DNA of 56,098 nt from Candidatus Enterousia sp. (GTDB lineage: Bacteria; Pseudomonadota; Alphaproteobacteria; Rs-D84): the NCBI GenBank assembly GCA_045593685.1, contig JAZNXD010000009.1, positions 1 through 56,098 of the forward strand, in the 5' to 3' direction. This document shows, one piece after another, positions 49,155-56,098 of this stretch. Below the pieces are notes generated by a model. The model did not search any database and was not told where the DNA came from. It saw nothing but the letters and a program-made list of their open reading frames with translations. Every line of letters starts with the position of its first letter. Within the stretch, counting starts at the first letter, position 1. Both the position numbers and the translations under genes were made by a program.

Positions 49155-50390
49155 TCAAGAAATTTTTATCACACCGTCTGCAAATTCAATCGACGCGGGC
49201 ACACCTGCATCCGCGCGCCCAATGATTTTGTCATTTGCATCACGAACAATCGCATATCCACGCGACAAAACACTTTTATAACTAAGCGAATTTAACATCT
49301 GTCCCATATGTTCCAATGCCTGACCCAGGGACATCATACGATTTTGCAGTATGTTTGGAAAATTTGAAACCGCATCCATTTTTTGATGCGCCCCCATTAT
49401 TTTGGTCGTCATCATAATGTTCATTGTACGCCCAATATCATCCAAACGCTGGGCGTGTTCCATAACGACCTGTTTTGGGCTTTTAATATTTATCGATTCC
49501 ATCCGCTGTTTTGCGTTTATTAATCGTGTCTTAAAGTTCCCCGACAATCGAATCCACATATTATCCAATTCCTGCCCCAGTGCTAATTTCGTCGGCACCA
49601 CGGCTTCGGCGGCACCGGTTGGGGTTGGCGCGCGGTAATCGGCCGCAAAGTCAATCAGCATCCAATCCGGTTCATGTCCAACACCCGAAATCAATGGAAT
49701 ACGACTGGCCGCGGCGGCACGCACAACAATTTCTTCGGAAAAGGGCAACAAATCCTCTAACGCGCCACCACCACGCGCCACAATAATTACATCCACATTA
49801 TTCATCCGATTAAAGTATTCAATACCGGCGGCAACTTCGGCCGCGGCGGTTGCACCCTGGACGGTTGCGGGATATAATAAAACATGCACAGGGAATCGTT
49901 CACGTAATCTGTTTTGAATATCTTGAAATGCGGCGCCGGTCGGACTGGTTACAACGCCAACACGTTGTGGCAATCGGGGCAGGGGCTTCTTGCGACTTTC
50001 ATCAAACAGACCTTCTGCCGCCAATTTACGCTTGCGCTCTTCCAGCATTTTAAGAATCGCACCCACACCCGCCATTTCTATTTCACTGGCCACTATCTGA
50101 TAATTGCTGCGCGCCGGATACGTTGTAAATCGCCCAGTAATAATAACCTCTAACCCATCTTCTAACTTAAAAGGCACCGGTGTTCCACGCCATATAATCA
50201 CTGAAATAGCTGCACCTGCATCCTTGATGGTCATATACATATGTCCCGAAGTTGCCCGCGTGATTTGCGACAATTCCCCACGAATTTTTATCCGTGGGAA
50301 AGCAGTTTCCACCACGCCCTTTAACAAGGCCGACGCGTCTGTTACACTAAATATTGTATCTCCGCTTACCATGGGTTCTGGTTTTTGCAT
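49155..50390 (-). CDS. xseA: Exodeoxyribonuclease VII large subunit
   Basis: IRGELS, SGHMY, GLFD, VVTSPTGAA, VQG, VARGGG, SGVGHEPD, APTPTGAAE. Confidence 0.95.
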   Translation of the reverse strand: MQKPEPMVSGDTIFSVTDASALLKGVVETAFPRIKIRGELSQITRATSGHMYMTIKDAGAAISVIIWRGTPVPFKLEDGLEVIITGRFTTYPARSNYQIVASEIEMAGVGAILKMLEERKRKLAAEGLFDESRKKPLPRLPQRVGVVTSPTGAAFQDIQNRLRERFPVHVLLYPATVQGATAAAEVAAGIEYFNRMNNVDVIIVARGGGALEDLLPFSEEIVVRAAAASRIPLISGVGHEPDWMLIDFAADYRAPTPTGAAEAVVPTKLALGQELDNMWIRLSGNFKTRLINAKQRMESINIKSPKQVVMEHAQRLDDIGRTMNIMMTTKIMGAHQKMDAVSNFPNILQNRMMSLGQALEHMGQMLNSLSYKSVLSRGYAIVRDANDKIIGRADAGVPASIEFADGVIKIS

Positions 50391-50396
50391 AATAAA

Positions 50397-50888
50397 TCAC
50401 CGCTTATCAAGTTCTTGTTTTACACGTTGTATAAACGCCATTTTATTTGGCGTTTTCATATCCTGCATACGTCTGTTTATTGGCGTACCCAACTCATACG
50501 GCACCCGCAGGGGCGCAAACTGATCCCCCGTCGCATCAAATGGCATATCCATAAAACGATTATGCAAATACACCACCGGTGCATGTTCCCACGCCCCCAT
50601 TTTAATCGCAGACGGTTCCCACACCGCGTCACCACCATACAATTCATATATGCATATACTGCTTAACGCACAAAAGCCCTTGGGCCATGGGGTAAAACCA
50701 TTAAATTGATTGTCGCCCACAAATTTATCACGAAACAAATGGTCGGCATACAATTTCCGCAACACGTAAACTATATCATACAGTTTATATTGCGCTTCGA
50801 AATGTGGCAATGATGCCCGATCGATTTCAATCGCCTGTTGCAACAAACGTTGCGTCGCATCGGCATAAGATTTTTTATAGTTTTCCAT
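50397..50888 (-). CDS. Hypothetical protein, YunG-like/transglutaminase-like motifs
   Basis: GFCALSS..IYELYGG ... H ... DATGDQF resembles the YunG-type G-x-C...GG...D-x-T-x-x-QF pattern. Confidence 0.55.
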   Translation of the reverse strand: MENYKKSYADATQRLLQQAIEIDRASLPHFEAQYKLYDIVYVLRKLYADHLFRDKFVGDNQFNGFTPWPKGFCALSSICIYELYGGDAVWEPSAIKMGAWEHAPVVYLHNRFMDMPFDATGDQFAPLRVPYELGTPINRRMQDMKTPNKMAFIQRVKQELDKR

Positions 50889-50918
50889 ATCCCGCATAAT
50901 AACATAAAAAACAAAAAA

Positions 50919-52040
50919 TTACAATTCCGTTAACGGCCAACGTGGACGTGGCGCAATGGGTGTTGTAACAATGTTACCAACGGCAAAATTTTCCAATCCT
51001 GCCCATGCAATCATTGCGCCATTATCGGTGCACAAATTCAATGGCGGGGCGGCAAAAATCATCTTGTTTTTCTGTGCTAATTTTTCCATGGCGGCACGTA
51101 TGGCAGTGTTCTTGGCAACACCACCGGCAACAACCAGTGTTTTTGGCGCCACCGCACGCACACGTTCATCGCGCAAAGCATTACCCAAACGATTAATTAT
51201 ACAATCCACCACGGATGCCTGGAACGATGCACAAAAATCATCAATATACGTATCAGACAATGGCATTTCCGCGCGCCCCAACAGTGTTCGCGCCGCGGTC
51301 TTTATACCACTGAAAGAAAAGTCACATCCCGGTTTATCACACAGTGGGCGCGGAAATGCGAACGCCCTGGGATTGCCCGACTGGGCACGTTTATCAACAA
51401 TCGGTCCGCCCGGATACCCCAATCCCAACATTTTCGCAACCTTGTCAAAGGCTTCGCCGGCACTGTCATCCAATGTTTGACCGATTAATTCATATTTTCC
51501 AACCCCACGCACCAACAGAATCTGACAGTGTCCACCAGATGCCAACATCAACAAATACGGGAAATCAACGCTTGTATTACCGTTACTGCCATCCGCAACT
51601 GTCGCGCACAACCGTGGAACCAATGCATGACCCTCTAAATGGTTCACCGCGACCAATGGTTTGCCGGTCACCTGGGCAATGCCGGTCGCGGCCATCCAAC
51701 CAACCAAGACCCCGCCAATCAACCCCGGTCCCGCCGTCGCGGCAATAACATCAATATCATCAATGGTCTTGCCCGCCTTGTCCAGTGTCTGCCGAACCAC
51801 ATCTTCAATGGCCAAGATATGGGCACGTGCGGCCAATTCCGGCACAACGCCTCCATATTTTTGATGTTCTGGGATTTGCGAATATATAATATGCGCCAAT
51901 ATGTTTCGATTGCTGTCCACGATGGCGGCCGATGTTTCATCACACGAAGATTCAATCCCCAAACACAGGGTGGGGCGCCCATCACTGTTCACGCCCGCCA
52001 AGGTTCCCATATCCATACGAATAATTTTTTCTTCACTCAT
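50919..52040 (-). CDS. tsaD: tRNA N6-adenosine threonylcarbamoyltransferase TsaD
   Basis: LGIESSCDET, GGVVPELAARAH, NHLEGH, SGGH, DDSAGEAFDK, FSFSGIKT, CTDNGAMIA. Confidence 0.97.
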   Translation of the reverse strand: MSEEKIIRMDMGTLAGVNSDGRPTLCLGIESSCDETSAAIVDSNRNILAHIIYSQIPEHQKYGGVVPELAARAHILAIEDVVRQTLDKAGKTIDDIDVIAATAGPGLIGGVLVGWMAATGIAQVTGKPLVAVNHLEGHALVPRLCATVADGSNGNTSVDFPYLLMLASGGHCQILLVRGVGKYELIGQTLDDSAGEAFDKVAKMLGLGYPGGPIVDKRAQSGNPRAFAFPRPLCDKPGCDFSFSGIKTAARTLLGRAEMPLSDTYIDDFCASFQASVVDCIINRLGNALRDERVRAVAPKTLVVAGGVAKNTAIRAAMEKLAQKNKMIFAAPPLNLCTDNGAMIAWAGLENFAVGNIVTTPIAPRPRWPLTEL

Positions 52041-52726
52041 TTTTTTATTTCCACCAATGCTATCCCCAGGTTTGTTTTATCTTGCATACGCATTTGCAAA
52101 TATTGATTCATATCAACATCAACAACGGCGCCTTGGCTGCTGGACGCGTGTCGCAACATCCCATTTGGCAACCAAAACCCCATATGAACAACCGCCAAAT
52201 CGGTACCTATTTTATCGCGCAATTCCGGATTATCTGTAACAAACAGAACAATCATTGGCGCATCGGGCACAAATTCCCCCAGATTTTCATATGGAATATA
52301 TTCTATTTCAACATCTTCTGGTTCAAAATTCACATCAATATCATGAACCTTTTTCATCCATGATTTTTTATCAATCGTCACACGCCGAACATCGGTCTTG
52401 GCGTATTTAGCGCTAACATTTTCCACCCGACTGGAATTATTACGCAACCAATCAGATTCAATAAAATGGTTTCGTGTTTGAAAACCGATTTCCCCATCTG
52501 CATATCTTATTTGATTCAGTTTACCTTGGTCCGCATTTGCCAATACCGTTTCGACCAGTGTTGTACAATCAAACGCATCAAATCGTATCAGCGGATCAGA
52601 ATCCGGCGCCACACCTTCGCCCAGGGGGGATTCCATATATTTTGCCCCCACAAAATCCTGGCCGGGCCATTCGGCACTATTGCCGACACACGCCCCCAGG
52701 ATAAAAAGCATCATTAACCACCGCAT
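52037..52726 (-). CDS. DUF1460 (NlpC/P60-like amidase) protein, probably a lipoprotein
   Basis: LGAC lipobox; FVGAKY...LGEG, FDCTTLVE, RNHF, VHMG, RHASS. Confidence 0.85.
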   Translation of the reverse strand: MRWLMMLFILGACVGNSAEWPGQDFVGAKYMESPLGEGVAPDSDPLIRFDAFDCTTLVETVLANADQGKLNQIRYADGEIGFQTRNHFIESDWLRNNSSRVENVSAKYAKTDVRRVTIDKKSWMKKVHDIDVNFEPEDVEIEYIPYENLGEFVPDAPMIVLFVTDNPELRDKIGTDLAVVHMGFWLPNGMLRHASSSQGAVVDVDMNQYLQMRMQDKTNLGIALVEIKK

Positions 52727-53031
52727 TACAGATTTTGCTTTAACTTAATTCCGGTATTACACAGTGACATTGCGTCACGCACGGCCATTTCGCCACTGTC
52801 GGGCAACTTTGCCATCTTGTCCACGCATGCCACAATCAGTTCAATATTATCACCCGCACCGGTCATAATTTGCGCGGCCGAAACACGTCTGTCCATTGGT
52901 GCGGCCCGCCAATCTTTCAACGACCCCGTTTCCAAAGTACTGCTGCGTTGCGCAAAAAAGAACACAACAATAACCAAAATCAAAACGGCAACGCCAATAA
53001 AAAACTTCACATACTTTTTTGTAATATTCAT
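52726..53031 (-). CDS. Membrane-anchored hypothetical protein
   Basis: N-terminal TM helix and two Cys; coupled to neighbours. Confidence 0.7.
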   Translation of the reverse strand: MNITKKYVKFFIGVAVLILVIVVFFFAQRSSTLETGSLKDWRAAPMDRRVSAAQIMTGAGDNIELIVACVDKMAKLPDSGEMAVRDAMSLCNTGIKLKQNL

Positions 53032-53426
53032 CTTCTCATCTCCTTAACCCAACTGCTTCTTATCAGTTTTGCAAAATCGTGTTTTATTTGTGCCGCATTA
53101 TGTAACAAACGCTGTTCTGATAACACGGGTTGTGCACGATAAAACACGGGCGCATCAACAATTATCTTATTACCCTGACATGTCCAAACCAAACGATCCG
53201 TCTGAAAGTAATCAATTTCAATATCTTCGGCCCAGACACGATAAATCGTTGTCCAAACAATATGCGGCGTCAAACTGTGGCGTTGTGATTGTTCCAAAAT
53301 CGCCTTTGCCATATCCTTGGTTGGACAAACGTATACTTTGGTTCCTTCTTCGCACCACTGATCACCACGGGCGACGACATGATTTTCATTTCCCAACATA
53401 TACCCAACCAGTTTTTTCTTTAACAT
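53028..53426 (-). CDS. Hypothetical protein
   Basis: AAGGG RBS; ATGA overlap with the next gene. Confidence 0.65.
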   Translation of the reverse strand: MLKKKLVGYMLGNENHVVARGDQWCEEGTKVYVCPTKDMAKAILEQSQRHSLTPHIVWTTIYRVWAEDIEIDYFQTDRLVWTCQGNKIIVDAPVFYRAQPVLSEQRLLHNAAQIKHDFAKLIRSSWVKEMRR

Positions 53427-53441
53427 ACCCTTAATTCCTTT

Positions 53442-53789
53442 TTATTCACACTTAACCAACCAAACATCATAATCGGGATGCTGTAACGGATTTTGTCCGG
53501 GTTCATTACGCGACATCCAACCACCAAACACCTGTCCTTTGTCGCGTTCTGAAATTTCCAGAAACGCAAAGAAATCTTCGGCCTGGAACGGGTCGGTTTG
53601 TTTACACGTACGTACATTAATAAACATTTTTTCGAACTGTACTTCGTTCCCGACGGGGATGGAAATTTCTTGAACCTTACCGGCATCCTTGTTCATGATA
53701 CGCACAATCGCATTTTCACGATTAACATACGCCATCGCCACATTTGGCACCAGGCATAAAAACGATAAAAATTTGAATATATTTTTCAT
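53442..53789 (-). CDS. DUF2155 domain secreted protein
   Basis: AIVRIMNK..G, INVRTC, AFLEI, FGGWM...P...LQHPDYDVWLVKC. Confidence 0.88.
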   Translation of the reverse strand: MKNIFKFLSFLCLVPNVAMAYVNRENAIVRIMNKDAGKVQEISIPVGNEVQFEKMFINVRTCKQTDPFQAEDFFAFLEISERDKGQVFGGWMSRNEPGQNPLQHPDYDVWLVKCE

Positions 53790-53830
53790 GTCCCCAATGA
53801 TATCGTTATAACAATAATAAGTCAAATTTT

Positions 53831-53855
53831 AAAACGCCCCAAACGGGGCGTTTTT
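53831..53855 (-). terminator. dnaK intrinsic terminator
   Basis: AAAACGCCCC-AAAC-GGGGCGTTTTT. Confidence 0.75.
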
Positions 53856-53873
53856 ATTCCACAGAATTTACGA

Positions 53874-55769
53874 TTATTTCTTTTCGGAAAAGTCTGCATC
53901 AACGGTACCGTCTTCATTTTTCTTGTTTTCGGCACCTTCACCCGCCTGTTGTTCGGCCTGGGCGGCTTTATATACCGCTTCGCCCAACTTCATGGCTTTT
54001 TCTGTCAACGCATCGATTTTTTCCTTCAAAGACTCAGCCGTTGCATCAGCTTTGGCCAATTCATCTGCCAATTCTTTTTTCGCATCTTCGATGGCTTTCT
54101 TTTCATCTTCGCTGATTTTATCGCCATGTTCTTTTAAGGACTTTTCAATACTGAACACGGCTGTTTCCGCAGTATTTTTTGCTTCGGCCAATTCGCGTTT
54201 CTTTTTATCAGCTTCGGCGTTTTGTGCGGCTTCATCAACCATACGCTTGATTTCATCTTCCGACAGACCACCATCAGATTTAATAGAAATCGCCTGTTCT
54301 TTACCGGTGCCTTTATCCTTGGCGGACACATGCACGATACCATTTGCGTCTATATCAAAAGACACTTCAATCTGCGGCATACCACGTGGGGCAGGCGCAA
54401 TCCCTTCCAGGTTAAACTGACCCAACAATTTGTTATCCGCCGCCATATCGCGTTCACCCTGGAACACACGGATGGTCACGGCCGATTGATTGTCTTCTGC
54501 GGTACTGAACACCTGGGACTTTTTGGTTGGGATTGTTGTATTACGATCAATCAGACGTGTAAACACACCACCCAACGTTTCAATTCCCAAAGACAAAGGC
54601 GTAACATCCAACAACAGAACGTCTTTTACATCACCCTTTAACACGCCACCCTGGATTGCGGCGCCCATACCAACAACTTCGTCTGGGTTAACACCCTTGT
54701 GTGGTTCACGCCCAAAGAATTCCTTGACTGTTTCTGCGACCTTTGGCATACGTGTCTGACCGCCGACCAAGATAACTTCATTAATCTGAGATTTTTCCAA
54801 TCCCGCATCTTTCAACGCCTTTTTACAAGGTTCAATCGTGCGTTCAATCAAATCCGCAACCAAAGATTCCAACTTTGCGCGTGTCAGTGTTGTATTAAAG
54901 TGTTTTGGCCCCGTCGCATCCGCCGTCAAATAGGGCAGGTTAATATCGGTCGACGTCTTAGAAGACAATTCGATTTTTGCCTTTTCTGCGGCTTCCTTTA
55001 AACGTTGCAACGCCAATTTATCACCCGACAAATCAATACCGGACTGTGCCTTGAATTCTGCAATCAGATGTTCCAAGATACGCGCATCAAAATCCGAACC
55101 GCCCAATGCCGTATCACCATTTGTCGATTTAACTTCGAACACGCCATCCACGATTTCCAAAATGGATACGTCAAACGTACCACCACCCAAATCGTAAACG
55201 GCAATAATACCGTCTTTGCCCTTATCCAAACCATATGCCAACGCGGCGGCGGTTGGTTCATTAACGATACGCAACACGTTCAATCCCGCGATACGTCCGG
55301 CATCTTTGGTTGCCTGGCGCTGGGAATCATTGAAATATGCCGGCACGGTAATAACCGCATCTGTTACGGTTTCGCCCAAATAACTTTCTGCATCTTTCTT
55401 TAACTTTGCCAAAATCATCGCAGAAATTTGTGACGGGGCATATTTTTTACCATCCATTTCCACCCATGCATCACCATTTTCACCGGCAACAATTTTGTAT
55501 GGCACACGTGCGGCAATCTCTTTGACCGCCGGGCTGTCAAAGCGCAATCCCATCAAGCGTTTAATTTCATAGATTGTATTTTCCGGATTTGTTACCGCCT
55601 GGTTTTTTGCGGTAATACCGACCAACTGTTCACCACCACTGGTTAATGCGACAACCGACGGGGTTGTGCGCTGTCCTTCGGAATTTTCGATAATTTTTGG
55701 GTCCGAACCATCCATAAACGCCATGGCGGAATTAGTTGTCCCCAGGTCAATACCAATAACTTTTCCCAT
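53874..55769 (-). CDS. dnaK: Molecular chaperone DnaK
   Basis: [43 protein letters not shown]. Confidence 0.99.
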   Translation of the reverse strand: MGKVIGIDLGTTNSAMAFMDGSDPKIIENSEGQRTTPSVVALTSGGEQLVGITAKNQAVTNPENTIYEIKRLMGLRFDSPAVKEIAARVPYKIVAGENGDAWVEMDGKKYAPSQISAMILAKLKKDAESYLGETVTDAVITVPAYFNDSQRQATKDAGRIAGLNVLRIVNEPTAAALAYGLDKGKDGIIAVYDLGGGTFDVSILEIVDGVFEVKSTNGDTALGGSDFDARILEHLIAEFKAQSGIDLSGDKLALQRLKEAAEKAKIELSSKTSTDINLPYLTADATGPKHFNTTLTRAKLESLVADLIERTIEPCKKALKDAGLEKSQINEVILVGGQTRMPKVAETVKEFFGREPHKGVNPDEVVGMGAAIQGGVLKGDVKDVLLLDVTPLSLGIETLGGVFTRLIDRNTTIPTKKSQVFSTAEDNQSAVTIRVFQGERDMAADNKLLGQFNLEGIAPAPRGMPQIEVSFDIDANGIVHVSAKDKGTGKEQAISIKSDGGLSEDEIKRMVDEAAQNAEADKKKRELAEAKNTAETAVFSIEKSLKEHGDKISEDEKKAIEDAKKELADELAKADATAESLKEKIDALTEKAMKLGEAVYKAAQAEQQAGEGAENKKNEDGTVDADFSEKK

Positions 55770-55802
55770 TTTTCATACTCCTTAAATTTTTGCTTACCCA
55801 CC

Positions 55803-55830
55803 ATATAGTTAATCAGAAAACGATTTCAAG
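55803..55830 (-). promoter_or_regulatory. Putative RpoH promoter of dnaK
   Basis: CTTGAA-N16-CTATAT, fitting the alphaproteobacterial sigma32 pattern. Confidence 0.6.
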
Positions 55831-55892
55831 GTGCAATAGACACATTTTCTTATTTCGCACAGAAATTTTATTTCACGCCCCCGCACACCCCC

Positions 55893-56098
55893 TGTCATCC
55901 CGGCGCCCCCTTTCTGTCATCCCGTGGCTTGACCACGGGACCCAGGTTTGTTTTTTCAATTTTTCTTCACAAAAATTGTCATCCCGTGGCTTGACCACGG
56001 GACCCAGGTCTATTTTTCCTTTATCATCCCATGTTTTAACCCTCGCACCCCAGGTTTGGTTTCCTTCAAAAACATAACATCCTTTGTCATCCCGTGGC
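55893..56098 (+). repeat. Cluster of REP/RPE-like palindromes
   Basis: TGTCATCCCGTGGCTTGACCACGGGACCCAGGT at 55915-55947 and 55977-56009, a truncated copy from 56085, and degenerate copies at ~55893 and ~56022. Confidence 0.88.

Noticed and set aside
55893-56098. CRISPR array
   Set aside because: Few copies, irregular spacing, degenerate internal units, low-complexity spacers, a dispersed copy at 30099 and no cas genes; fits a REP-type palindrome.

Overview
A 56 kb chromosomal window from a compact-genome alphaproteobacterium. The evidence is a permuted two-piece tmRNA, TrcR/DUF1013, DUF2155, AddA and CGTC/RPE-like palindromes. The gene content is reminiscent of gut Rs-D84/'Ca. Enterousia' genomes, but that is inference. 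The backbone is housekeeping: obgE, recG, prfB with its +1 frameshift, amiC, fused accDA, cysS, rpoD, split addA, recN, xseA, tsaB/tsaD/rimI, dnaK, 4 tRNAs and ssrA. It is interleaved with lineage-specific orphans and at least 7 cysteine-rich secreted proteins. No integrase, transposase, RT or CRISPR was seen. The main candidate novelties are: (1) three promoter-proximal structured leader RNAs of shared architecture, resembling phage c4/CI antisense-attenuators, in front of two Cys-rich secreted proteins and an XRE regulator; (2) a leaderless uORF, MTIRFINFYCCR, upstream of cysS; (3) a Lon with an intact N-domain and AAA+ module but no protease domain, ending in KKIGF and carrying a dnaK-like heat-shock promoter; (4) paralogous Cys-rich secreted families with shared motifs; (5) a tRNA-Ser-linked repeat, a four-repeat orphan protein and pervasive leaderless gene starts.
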